24,669 bases of DNA, taken from the NCBI GenBank assembly GCA_041178325.1, contig JBEGVN010000051.1:1-24669 (forward strand), written 5' to 3'. The position numbers and the translations under genes were made by a program. Numbering within the stretch: position 1 is the first letter of the stretch; each line of letters opens with the position of its first letter. Source of the DNA: Pseudomonadota bacterium (GTDB taxonomy: Bacteria; Pseudomonadota; Gammaproteobacteria; Methylococcales; Methylococcaceae). Under the pieces are notes generated by a model. The model was given only the letters and a program-made list of their open reading frames with translations. It was not told the DNA's origin and ran no database searches. Of the stretch, positions 14,011-22,785 are shown piece after piece.

Positions 14011-15957
14011 ATGAAAAAAAAGCTGCTCTTTACTCTGTCCGTTTTTGTCCCTTTGCTTGCTCAAGCCGAGAGCGATTCCACCGATACATTGGATCCTGTA
14101 GTCATCACAGCGACGCGAAGTGATGTCAGAGAGTCCAATTTAGCCAACACCGTGACAGTGATTACGGCGGCAGAAATCAAAGCCCGAAGAATCAATGCCG
14201 TAGCCGATATTCTCCGGGTCGTTCCTGGGCTTGATGTGATGAGTTCGGGGGGGACAGGGCAGCAAACCTCCGTATTTACGCGAGGTGCTAATTCCAACCA
14301 AACCTTGGTGCTAATCGATAATATTCGGATGAACGATCCGAGTAATCCCAACAATTCCTTTGACTTTGCCAACCTGCAGGTTGATGACATTGAGCGCATC
14401 GAGGTTCTGAGGGGGGCAGCCAGTGCCATGTGGGGGGCTGATGCCATGGGCGGTGTGATTCACATCATCACCAAGCATGGAAAAGGACCGACCCAGTTCT
14501 CAGGACTGGCCGAGGGTGGCAACTACAACACTTGGAAAGTCGGTGGTGGGGTTTCGGGTGAGGTCGACCGATTGAATTACGCGGTCAATGCCAGCCACTT
14601 GAGCAATCTTGGAGTCTCAGCAGCGGCCCAGTCGATGGGAAATAGCGAGCGAGATCCCTACCAGAACACCACGCTTCAAAGTCGGTTCAACTATCAGGTG
14701 ACGGATACCCTCGATCTGGATTGGAGTCTGCGCTACAACGCCGCAGGGACAGGCCTCGACAACTGTGGTGGGTTTGGCTACAAGTCTTACACGGGGCAGT
14801 TTGTTCGCTGCGACAATCCCCATTACTTCAACAATAGCAATCAGCTTTACACCCGGGGTCAGGCCCGCTGGTTTTTATTTGATAATCTCTGGGAACAACG
14901 CTTTGGGGTGAACTTCACGCTGAGTGATCGTCAGACCTACTACACCGCACCGATCTCACCCGACTGGATTCCTCCCACATCCACCAATGGCCAGGAAACT
15001 AAAGTCGAGTGGTTGAATTTTATTCATGTTCTTCCAAATGACACCATCACCGCGGGGGTTGAGGGACGGTTCGATACGATGTACAGCGAAAGCGGTTTGG
15101 CTTCAGCGCAGACTAGCAACAATGGATCGATGAATAACGCTGGGTACTATCTGCAGAATCAACTCGACTGGCTGGATCGTTTTCATACGACCGCCGGGGG
15201 TCGTGTGGACGACAACTCTCAGTTTGGAAGTCATCTCACCTGGCGTTTCAATCAGACCGTGGATGTGTCGGAACTGGATAGCCGGATCAAGGCCAACATT
15301 GGCACCGCCTTTCGCGCTCCATCTCTGTGTGAACTCAGCAAGCAATGCTTTGGTAATCCAAATTTGATGCCTGAGACGAGTCTTGACTGGGATGCGGGAA
15401 TAGAGCAGGACCTTTTCGATAAAAAAGCCATGCTTGGGTTGGTGTATTTCGACAATAACTACAACAACCTCATCCAGTGGAATCCCAGCGCCAACGGAGG
15501 GATGGGGAATGTCGAAAATGTGAGTAACGCGATTGCCCGGGGTATTGAGACCTTTGCAGAGTACAAACCTTTGCCCGAGTTGGCCTTAAGGCTCAACTAC
15601 ACCTATGACGAGACATTTGGGCGCTACAACGCCACGACTGGGCAAAGATCAAATGACCCCTTATTACTTCGGCCTAAAAACAAGGGAAACTTTGACCTTG
15701 ATTACAAGTTTGTTCCGGAAGCCTCCGCACACCTCAATGTTCTCGTAGTGGGCTCAAGGAGCTCCTACGATACGATGGGTTCGATCACCCAAGTGCCGGG
15801 GTATGTTCTCGTGAATCTTTCTACAAACTATGAGATCAATAAGCAGGTGACTGTCTTCGCAAGGCTCGACAATCTCCTCAACAAACAATATCAGCAGGTT
15901 TGGGGATATGGCGCACTCGGTTTTTACGGACTGAGTGGCTTTTCGGTGAAATTTTAG
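14011..15957 (+). CDS. btuB: TonB-dependent outer-membrane receptor, BtuB-like (cobalamin/vitamin B12 transporter).
   Basis: The signal peptide is MKKKLLFTLSVFVPLLAQA. There is a TonB box (DTLDPVVITATR), a plug motif (IEVLRGAASAMWGADAMGGVIHIITK) and a C-terminal Phe. The gene is directly preceded by the B12 riboswitch. The track start at 13891 overlaps the leader and I reject it. Confidence 0.85.
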   Translation: MKKKLLFTLSVFVPLLAQAESDSTDTLDPVVITATRSDVRESNLANTVTVITAAEIKARRINAVADILRVVPGLDVMSSGGTGQQTSVFTRGANSNQTLVLIDNIRMNDPSNPNNSFDFANLQVDDIERIEVLRGAASAMWGADAMGGVIHIITKHGKGPTQFSGLAEGGNYNTWKVGGGVSGEVDRLNYAVNASHLSNLGVSAAAQSMGNSERDPYQNTTLQSRFNYQVTDTLDLDWSLRYNAAGTGLDNCGGFGYKSYTGQFVRCDNPHYFNNSNQLYTRGQARWFLFDNLWEQRFGVNFTLSDRQTYYTAPISPDWIPPTSTNGQETKVEWLNFIHVLPNDTITAGVEGRFDTMYSESGLASAQTSNNGSMNNAGYYLQNQLDWLDRFHTTAGGRVDDNSQFGSHLTWRFNQTVDVSELDSRIKANIGTAFRAPSLCELSKQCFGNPNLMPETSLDWDAGIEQDLFDKKAMLGLVYFDNNYNNLIQWNPSANGGMGNVENVSNAIARGIETFAEYKPLPELALRLNYTYDETFGRYNATTGQRSNDPLLLRPKNKGNFDLDYKFVPEASAHLNVLVVGSRSSYDTMGSITQVPGYVLVNLSTNYEINKQVTVFARLDNLLNKQYQQVWGYGALGFYGLSGFSVKF

Positions 15958-15967
15958 TAAGAACTTA

Positions 15968-15994
15968 GCCGGCACGACCCTTCGTCATGCCGGC
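15968..15994. terminator. GC-rich intergenic hairpin between convergent genes.
   Basis: GCCGGCA-CGAC-ccttc-GTC-A-TGCCGGC forms a 10-bp stem with one mismatch. There is no clear U-tract on either strand. Confidence 0.45.
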
Positions 15995-16003
15995 CTGTCC
16001 TCA

Positions 16004-16309
16004 TCAAAGGACAATGACAGAGTTTTCAGAATCGATACCGTTGTATGTAAAACGGTCCGCTTCAGGCTCATTTAGCCAATGGCTTCCATCGACAACATAC
16101 CGGAATTGGTATTCCCGATTGTTTTCAAGATCCACGGATATGGACCAGGTGCCATCTTTGGCGCGCTTCAAGGGTAATTCGTCCTTTGACCAAGCGTTAA
16201 AATCTCCCGCAAGGCTGACCGAGGACGCGTTGACAAAGGGCTCACCCGTAAGGCTGAACTTTACTTTGCACACGGGTTTTGTTTTAAGGAACTTCTTTTC
16301 AAGACTCAT
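16004..16309 (-). CDS. Glycogen-binding CBM48 / AMPK1_CBM (isoamylase N-terminal-like) single-domain protein.
   Basis: VSLAGDFNAWS...PLKRAKDGTWSISVDL..NREYQFRYVVDG..W is the classic CBM48 pattern. A GGTGA SD is upstream. The overlapping plus-strand ORF 15987-16370 is rejected. Confidence 0.8.
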   Translation of the reverse strand: MSLEKKFLKTKPVCKVKFSLTGEPFVNASSVSLAGDFNAWSKDELPLKRAKDGTWSISVDLENNREYQFRYVVDGSHWLNEPEADRFTYNGIDSENSVIVL

Positions 16310-16500
16310 GGACGATCACCTTGGAAATGGTTTCACACAACGCTCATTGTGGCGAGGCGAAAGCAACTGAACAAGCGCCTATTCGGTGACAGTGTGTCAA
16401 TCAGTCTCTATGTTTCATGGCCAGCATGGCCGTGAGATGGCACCTTGCTAAGGTAGAGGCGATTGGTGACAATGGCCAACACTTACTTTTCGGAGGTTCT

Positions 16501-17058
16501 ATGCGTGGTGTCCTGACGATAATTTTTGCTTTGGCCCTTGGAGGTTGCGGGGTTCAATTAAAAGGAGGGGTAACCGAACAGCGCAATCAAATCAAGACGA
16601 TGGAAACGGAGACTCTTGCCAAGCTCTATGCTAAGGATCCATCAGCGCGGAAGGACATTCGAAAGGCTGCGGGCTATGGCGTCTTTGATGCTACAGGCGG
16701 AAAGATCATGTTTGGCGGCATGGATCATGGGAATGGGGTCGTATTGGACAATGCCTCAGGACGCAGAACCTACATGAAGATGTTTGAGCTTCAGCCGGGT
16801 CTTGGCTTTGGCTATACCAATTTTAGGTTGGTCTTTGTTTTTGATACTCGTGAAGTGATGAATAACTTCATCACCAGCGGTTGGGAGTTCGGAACCCGCG
16901 CGGCCGCAGCAGCAAAGAGCAAGACGGACGGTGGAGCGGCTGAAATTGGTTATACGGTTGCACCAGGGATACATGTGTTTCAGCTGACGGAAGAGGGAGC
17001 ATTGGTTGGTTTGAGCATCACCGGAGCCAAATACTGGCGCAACGATGACCTGAATTAA
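16501..17058 (+). CDS. Lipoprotein with a SYLF/Ysc84-like (DUF500) lipid-binding domain.
   Basis: The lipobox is ALGGC, counted from the internal ATG 16501. The Gly-rich beta pattern GYGVFDATGGKIMFGG...LQPGLGFGY...AAAAKS is typical of SYLF-domain proteins. Confidence 0.65.
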   Translation: MRGVLTIIFALALGGCGVQLKGGVTEQRNQIKTMETETLAKLYAKDPSARKDIRKAAGYGVFDATGGKIMFGGMDHGNGVVLDNASGRRTYMKMFELQPGLGFGYTNFRLVFVFDTREVMNNFITSGWEFGTRAAAAAKSKTDGGAAEIGYTVAPGIHVFQLTEEGALVGLSITGAKYWRNDDLN

Positions 17059-17169
17059 TTCTTCGGCGGGGCATTCCAGGCCTGCCCCTCTGAACGCAAG
17101 AGCAAGCACTAAGAATTGCTGTTTCTCTACTATAAAAACAGCCTGGATTAACGTTGTGAGGAGATTGAG

Positions 17170-17412
17170 ATGGTCAACGTGATCTGTACAAGCTGTCACC
17201 ACGAAAACCGGAAACAGGCGGAAAACTGCGCAGCATGCGGTGCGGTTCTCCCTAAACCGGTCGCACCCATACGGAAGCTAAGTGGAAAGTTCTCTGCAAT
17301 CGGGGTGGTTGTGATTGCTCTGGGCGTCATCGGAACCGTTCTTGGGACCTGGTGGGGGCCCCCTACGATTCTTCCCGGTGTCGCTTTTTATATGATGGGC
17401 CGCTTCTTTTAG
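17170..17412 (+). CDS. Small zinc-ribbon membrane protein.
   Basis: A GAGGAG SD precedes the ATG. An N-terminal CxxC...CxxC (CTSCHH...CAACG) is followed by one or two hydrophobic helices. Confidence 0.6.
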   Translation: MVNVICTSCHHENRKQAENCAACGAVLPKPVAPIRKLSGKFSAIGVVVIALGVIGTVLGTWWGPPTILPGVAFYMMGRFF

Positions 17413-17429
17413 AAGTCTGGTCAAGGACA

Positions 17430-18635
17430 TCAGGGATAAAGGAGGAAGGGGCGACGCTCTTCCTCCCAAGCTTCTTCGTCTTCCCGTGCAATATTTTCAA
17501 GGTCTCTCCATGAAGCCTCTGCATCATCCACCCACTCCCTTAGCAGCGGGCTTCCATTGATCAGGTCGATGGCTAAGCGGTCAAACTCATACTCATAAGG
17601 AAAATCTCGCCACAAGGGATATTCGGGCATCAGTACCCTAATGGCCTTGAATGCAAGTGACTGAAGTCGCCAAGGTTTAAATCGGGCGTGATCGTACCCG
17701 GGCCCGTCCGTATGAATCTGGATGCCCGCGCAAAGCTCGGCACTGTGTTTATGAAAAGTGGGCTCAAACCAGCAGGGCCTGAGTTGACAGCCTTCCATCC
17801 ATTGTGGAGCCATCCCGTGCATTTCCTGGATGATCGCGTTCGGGACAAGGTTGGGCGCGCCAAACAACTCTAACGGGCGAGTGGTCCCTCGGCCTTCTGA
17901 AAGTGTCGTGCCTTCCAGCATAACCGTTCCAGCATAGGCGCGGGCCATTGAAAGGTTAGGAGCATTGGGGCTCGGGTTGACCCAACAGCGAGATTCGAGC
18001 GGCCAGCCAAATCCCGGCGCCTGATGTGGATCCCAGCCCTCCATCGTGATGACGCGATACTGCAGGTCCAGCTTGAAGTGATGGATGAACCACGCGCCTA
18101 GCTCCCCGAGAGTCAGTCCATGCCTCATCGGAATGGGGCCGGCGCCGACAAAACTTTCCCAGCCTGCTTTGAGGGTAAGTCCCTCGATGGGGCGGCCCGC
18201 TGGGTTAGGCCGATCCAGAACCCAGACAGCCTTGCCGGTTTTTGACGCTTCCTCGAGAACGTAAAGGAGCGTGGTGATAAAGGTGTAAATCCTGCAGCCA
18301 AGATCCTGAAGGTCAACCAGGACGATATCGAACTGATCCATCATTTCAGGCGTGGGTCGCCTGACTTCACCATAAAGGCTATAGATGGGTATGCCCAGAG
18401 TCGGATCCCGGTAGTCGCCCGACTCCATCATATTGTCTTGTTTGTCCCCACGGAGCCCATGCTGAGGACCAAAGGCAGCCGTTAAATGCAGCGAGGGATG
18501 GGCGGAGAGCGCATCAATGGAGTGTGTGAATTCCCGCGTCATTGAGGCGGGATGAGCAAGAAGCGCGAGCCTTAGGCCTGTAAGTTCGGCTAACAGTGCG
18601 GGTGTCGAAAGAAGTTTGTCTATGCCGAAATTCAT
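17430..18635 (-). CDS. DUF1343 family protein (NamZ-like exo-beta-N-acetylmuramidase).
   Basis: It is 401 aa. The N-terminal GIDKLL and the internal GLTLGELGAWF and LSEGRGTTRPLELFGAP patterns are typical of DUF1343/YbbC. Confidence 0.8.
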   Translation of the reverse strand: MNFGIDKLLSTPALLAELTGLRLALLAHPASMTREFTHSIDALSAHPSLHLTAAFGPQHGLRGDKQDNMMESGDYRDPTLGIPIYSLYGEVRRPTPEMMDQFDIVLVDLQDLGCRIYTFITTLLYVLEEASKTGKAVWVLDRPNPAGRPIEGLTLKAGWESFVGAGPIPMRHGLTLGELGAWFIHHFKLDLQYRVITMEGWDPHQAPGFGWPLESRCWVNPSPNAPNLSMARAYAGTVMLEGTTLSEGRGTTRPLELFGAPNLVPNAIIQEMHGMAPQWMEGCQLRPCWFEPTFHKHSAELCAGIQIHTDGPGYDHARFKPWRLQSLAFKAIRVLMPEYPLWRDFPYEYEFDRLAIDLINGSPLLREWVDDAEASWRDLENIAREDEEAWEEERRPFLLYP

Positions 18636-18659
18636 GGGTCAAGAGGGTTCGATCGTGAA

Positions 18660-19202
18660 TCAAAGGGCAAAAAAACTATCGGGGTTGTGGAAGTCGGGTT
18701 TATCCGCGGAATGCTTAACCGCCCAGTAGCTCATATTTCCGCACTTCTCTTTGAGGATAACCGATATCCCGGCCTCCAACGGCTGAGTTCCTGGGAGATG
18801 GTCGTTGATTATTGACCATGGCATATTTGCCGTAAGTGTAAGGGCTTCAGTCTCTATTTGGCTTTTGATGATGGGAGGCGCATTTACATCGGGGCGCTCC
18901 AACGCCTTTCGATAGCCACTGAAACGATAGAAAGCCCATAGGCCCGAAGGCGCGAAGTTGAATTCAAGATAGGGTGCAGGCTGATTTTTTCTGCGCAAAA
19001 AGACCTCACAACAAGTTGCTTGCCACAGGTTGTCTGCACGAAATGGTTCGGCCTGCTCTTTCGGAATCTCAATCTGTCTCATGTCACCGCTGATGCGATA
19101 AACGAGATCGAGGGTCGTTACACTGAACGTCGTGGTGGACTCAATCTGCCAAAACAGGGGCGCAGATGAGGACGTCGGATACGCGAGTAGAGTCCGAATC
19201 AC
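18660..19202 (-). CDS. Hypothetical protein, possibly DOMON/CBM9-like.
   Basis: Its GTG start overlaps the TGA stop of the upstream usp gene (GTGA at 19199-19202). The FRADNLWQATCCEVFL...YLEFNFAPSG pattern recalls DOMON-like domain proteins, but I hold that assignment with low certainty. Confidence 0.55.
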   Translation of the reverse strand: MIRTLLAYPTSSSAPLFWQIESTTTFSVTTLDLVYRISGDMRQIEIPKEQAEPFRADNLWQATCCEVFLRRKNQPAPYLEFNFAPSGLWAFYRFSGYRKALERPDVNAPPIIKSQIETEALTLTANMPWSIINDHLPGTQPLEAGISVILKEKCGNMSYWAVKHSADKPDFHNPDSFFAL

Positions 19203-19624
19203 TTAATCAACATCACCGGAATTTCGGCGAGCTGGATGACGCGCGCAGGGAGAGAGCCCAGCAGGAGCGCAGTAAGGGTGCTGATGTTCCGGTACCCGAT
19301 CACGATCTGATGCATGTCATTTTGTCGAGCGAATTGGGCGATGACTTCAGCGGCATCGCCGACACAAATATGGTGTTCAAAAGCTCGATTCACGGACTTA
19401 AGCTGCTCCATCGCGCCTTGCAGTTGTTTCATGCCCTCTTCACGCTGGAAGTCTTGAATCTGATCATGACTCAAGAACATTCCGACATCCCCATGGATGG
19501 CGGGTTGCACGTTGATCAAATGGATTTGGTGGGCTGTTTGGATGCGATCAATCCAATGGATCAAGGATCCGATGATCTCCTCGCGGATTTCGTTTTCTTC
19601 GACGGGAACAAGAAGCTTTAGCAT
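19199..19624 (-). CDS. Universal stress protein (UspA family).
   Basis: I chose the internal ATG at 19622-19624, which gives MLKLLVPVEEN... . The C-terminal IVIGYRNISTLTALLLGSLPARVIQLAEIPVMLI matches the Usp G-x2-G-x9-G(S/T) region. The track start would overlap terC. Confidence 0.75.
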   Translation of the reverse strand: MLKLLVPVEENEIREEIIGSLIHWIDRIQTAHQIHLINVQPAIHGDVGMFLSHDQIQDFQREEGMKQLQGAMEQLKSVNRAFEHHICVGDAAEVIAQFARQNDMHQIVIGYRNISTLTALLLGSLPARVIQLAEIPVMLIK

Positions 19625-19643
19625 GGGTTTACCCTGATATCGA

Positions 19644-20414
19644 TCAACGACCTTTAGTCTTGGTTTTATTTTTCCTTGGTCCGGATTTGCTTTTACGATT
19701 CGTGTGGGCAAGATCGACGAGGACGGGTTCTCGCTCGATGGCTGTGCGCGCTTTCAGCTTTCCGATCAAAAGGACCAATCCAGCAAAGGCATAAGGGAGA
19801 ACTTGGTGGGTGACCGCGCCTTCATTGAAAATGTCGACTGCGGCAAGAGCGGGTTCGGTCACGAGCATCTCGCCAGCGACAAATCCCAGGATTGCAGCCC
19901 CGAGGTCGATGATAAGAGGTTGCCGCTCCATAAGGCGAAGAATGATGGCGCTGCCGAAAATGACGATCGGAATGCTGATGCCTAATCCGACGATCAGCAT
20001 AACCTGGTTTCCACCGGCCGCAGCAGCTACCGCAAGAACATTGTCGAGGCTCATGACAAGATCGGCAATCAATATGGTCCTTACCGCTGAAGCCAGCGTA
20101 TTGTGAGAGCTGAGGTTGTTCTCATCCGACTCCTCGGGGGACAACAGCTTCGCTGCAATCCATAGGAGCATGATGCTGCCGAATAGCTTGAGGAACGGCA
20201 GCATCAAAAGTTGCAGAGCCGCAAAGGTCAGGCTGATTCGCATTAAAATTGCCGCCACAGATCCAAGAACGATGGCGCGATTGCGATCTTCGGCAGGAAG
20301 GGATCGGGCCGCGAGTGCAATCACCACGGCGTTGTCACCGGAGAGCACGATGTTGACCATCATGATCTGGCCGAGATCAAGCCAGAAAGCGGGATCACTG
20401 AGGTTGAACGGCAT
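19644..20414 (-). CDS. TerC/YjbE family integral membrane protein.
   Basis: The duplicated LSGDNAVVIALA and MSLDNVLAVAAAA motifs are characteristic of the TerC family. The protein is polytopic. Confidence 0.85.
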   Translation of the reverse strand: MPFNLSDPAFWLDLGQIMMVNIVLSGDNAVVIALAARSLPAEDRNRAIVLGSVAAILMRISLTFAALQLLMLPFLKLFGSIMLLWIAAKLLSPEESDENNLSSHNTLASAVRTILIADLVMSLDNVLAVAAAAGGNQVMLIVGLGISIPIVIFGSAIILRLMERQPLIIDLGAAILGFVAGEMLVTEPALAAVDIFNEGAVTHQVLPYAFAGLVLLIGKLKARTAIEREPVLVDLAHTNRKSKSGPRKNKTKTKGR

Positions 20415-20684
20415 ACGGGTATCTCTGATTTATGGCCAGCGGCGAACGGAACGAGTTCCGTGGGGTATTTGGGTAGCCCCTAATATTGTGGGTTCGATTC
20501 TATCAGGCAGGCTACCCGATAAGTGCAGGAAGGAGGGAACACCCGCGCCCCGACCTTTTTGTATAGGGGCCAGAGTCGCAGATGGCATGTGACATGCGGT
20601 TGTCCACTGAAGTCGGCATGCTGACTTCAGGGTGTGGCGGAGGGGGGGCAGCGCTGCTCCCCTCCGCCTTCTTCGGAACAGCGA

Positions 20685-21233
20685 CTACTTCTTTTTTTCG
20701 TCTGGTGTCGCGGTTTCTCTTGGCAGGATGGGTGTTTCGGTGCTGATCTTAAGGTCGGAAAGCAGATTGAGCTCATTTTCGATCTGCAGGAACTGACCGG
20801 CAATGATAGGCGAGGTCGCCTTCTTGACGCGGCTGTAATATTTGCGCCAGAGCTCGTTTCGATCATCACGAATTTTCAATGATCGAAGTGCCAGATTATC
20901 GGCAATCTCATTGTTCATATTCTCGTAATTAGCCGCGTAGTCGCGAATGATGCTGTAGCGCTCATCGTAGATTTTCTTGAGCTCGGCCTCATAGGCGTAA
21001 TACTCCTTCCAGAAAGCATCATGCTCAGAAGCGCTGAGGTTTAGTGCTTTTTCGATGAGGGCAACCTTCTTTTCACGGTATTTTGCGCGATCCGCATCCA
21101 GAGCCTTCATTTCCGGGTCATTTGCGGTGACCGGCGTCAGGGGCTTAGGAGTCTGAGCGCATCCGAAGAGGAAAAGTCCGGCGATGAAGGTCCCTGCTGT
21201 GAGCAGGCGAGAAGCATTAATCGAGTTAATCAT
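20685..21233 (-). CDS. Lipoprotein of unknown function.
   Basis: The lipobox is LFLFGC. The remainder is helical and rich in K, E and Y. I recognise no family. Confidence 0.6.
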   Translation of the reverse strand: MINSINASRLLTAGTFIAGLFLFGCAQTPKPLTPVTANDPEMKALDADRAKYREKKVALIEKALNLSASEHDAFWKEYYAYEAELKKIYDERYSIIRDYAANYENMNNEIADNLALRSLKIRDDRNELWRKYYSRVKKATSPIIAGQFLQIENELNLLSDLKISTETPILPRETATPDEKKK

Positions 21234-21354
21234 GGTGAGGTCCTAAAAAGGTCGAATCGCGGGCGCCATTCGGTCAAGTGGCATTCTATCCCATGCGCAA
21301 AACCTCTAACATCCGTCGATTTCCCAAGGCGCACTTCGTGCATCTTGAAAGCAT

Positions 21355-22746
21355 TCATGCCGATTCACGTAGTCCGTATTTTCTGACGCGATAACGGAGG
21401 GTTTCTCGTGTGGTTCCCAAAGCACGTGCAGCCGCAGTCACGTTTCCTTGGTGGGAGTTTAAGGTTGTTTCGATGATGTAGCGGTCCATATCATCAAGAT
21501 CCATGCTGCCATCAAGCGGGATGTAAAGGCCATTGGGAGGATGCGGGTTGGTGGCGGTTTGCGCGGCGCCATGAGGGGATAGCTGGAGCCATTGTTCTGG
21601 AAATGTCGGCCCATCGGCAAAAAGAACGCAGCGCTCAACCACATTTCTCAGTTCCCTTACGTTGCCGGGCCAGTCATAGCAATGCAGTTGGGCCCAGACG
21701 CCCTGTGAGATAATCTTGACCTGTTTCCCTGCCTTGGCGTTCAGTTCGGCGACAAACATGGGGACGAGCTCATCGAGATCCTCCTTGATGTCCCTCAGGG
21801 AGGGAAGTTCAAGTCGAAATACGCTAAGTCGATGATAGAGGTCGCTGCGAAAACTGCCCTCACGAACCATGGCTTCCAGATCCCGATGGCTGGCGGCCAA
21901 AATTTGGACATCCACACTGATTTCACGCTCTGAACCCAGACGCCGAAATTTTCGGTCCTCGATCGCTTTGAGAAGTTTTGATTGGAGGTCGAGGGGCATT
22001 TCTCCGATTTCATCCAGAAAGAGAGTCCCCCGATCGGCCTGTTCGATCAGTCCCCGATGTCTCCCTGATGCCCCGGTGAAGGCGCCCGCTTCATGACCGA
22101 AGAGTTCGGACTCCATGAGGTCTCGAGGAAGAGCGGCGCAATTCAACTCAATCAGAGGGTGGGCTCCCCTGGGGCCACCGTGGTGCAGAATTCGAGCGAC
22201 CAGGCCTTTTCCGGTTCCGGTCTCGCCCCCGATCACAATCGCACTAAATGGGACACGCGTCAGACGATCCAACATTTCCCGGATATGCTGAGCCTTTTTG
22301 CTGCGTCCTGCATAGGCCTGAGATGAGTAGCGTCGTGATCCTGCCTCCGCTTGGTCAAGCAGTCGACGTTGGGCAATCGTGGTTCTTTTTGCACTTGCGA
22401 TGACAAGATCGAGTCGATCCATTTCGCATGGTTTTTCGAGGAACTCATAAGCTCCAAGGCGGAGTGCCCGAACAGAGTCTTCAATTGCCCCATAGCCGGT
22501 AAGAAATAGCCATTCACAGTAGGTCAGGCTCCCTCTTGTGTCTTCCATGAAGTCGAGCGCATTGCCGTCGGGAAGGTTCATGTCGGAGAGGACTACCAGA
22601 GGCTCGATGCGCTGGACGGACAAAAGCGACAGCGCATCTGCGAGAGTTCGGGCAAGTTCGACTTCCCATCCTTTACTGCGGAAGTGGCGAGAGAGTTCCT
22701 GACCCAGGAGGGCTTCGTCTTCGATGATCAGAAGGGTATCGGCCAT
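21355..22746 (-). CDS. Sigma-54-dependent NtrC-type response regulator (receiver + AAA+ + Fis HTH).
   Basis: The receiver Asp lies in VLSDMNLPDG. The AAA+ domain has Walker A GETGTGKG, the GAFTGA loop (ESELFGHEAGAFTGA) and Walker B LFLDEIGEM. The C-terminal HTH is NVTAAARALGTTRETLRYRVRKYGL. Confidence 0.9.
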   Translation of the reverse strand: MADTLLIIEDEALLGQELSRHFRSKGWEVELARTLADALSLLSVQRIEPLVVLSDMNLPDGNALDFMEDTRGSLTYCEWLFLTGYGAIEDSVRALRLGAYEFLEKPCEMDRLDLVIASAKRTTIAQRRLLDQAEAGSRRYSSQAYAGRSKKAQHIREMLDRLTRVPFSAIVIGGETGTGKGLVARILHHGGPRGAHPLIELNCAALPRDLMESELFGHEAGAFTGASGRHRGLIEQADRGTLFLDEIGEMPLDLQSKLLKAIEDRKFRRLGSEREISVDVQILAASHRDLEAMVREGSFRSDLYHRLSVFRLELPSLRDIKEDLDELVPMFVAELNAKAGKQVKIISQGVWAQLHCYDWPGNVRELRNVVERCVLFADGPTFPEQWLQLSPHGAAQTATNPHPPNGLYIPLDGSMDLDDMDRYIIETTLNSHQGNVTAAARALGTTRETLRYRVRKYGLRESA

Positions 22747-22785
22747 GGAGGTCTCATTGGTTCAGTCAGGCGGTGAGTGCCAAAT

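Noticed and set aside
20471-20517. tRNA-like T-arm sequence GTGGGTTCGATTC inside an 8-bp inverted repeat upstream of terC.
   Set aside because: The 3' strand of the would-be T-stem (CTATC) does not pair with GTGGG. No acceptor, D-arm or anticodon arm can be drawn. I treat it as part of the terC leader structure.
19704-20592. Plus-strand ORFs 19704-19985, 19810-20106 and 20116-20592.
   Set aside because: They are antisense to the well-supported TerC-family gene. Their translations are Arg/Ser/Ala-rich, which is typical of shadow ORFs.
20415-20684. Expected yybP-ykoY manganese riboswitch in front of the TerC-family gene.
   Set aside because: Reading the minus strand, I could not find the conserved GGGGAGUAG and UUGACA/AGACC blocks. 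A covariance-model scan is still needed to be sure.
21240-21275. Possible sigma-54 promoter TGGCGC-N5-ATTCG (minus strand) about 25 nt upstream of the lipoprotein gene 20685-21233, near the sigma-54 regulator.
   Set aside because: The -12 element lacks the conserved GC (ATTC instead of TTGC). The spacing to the start codon is short. The resemblance is too weak to call.
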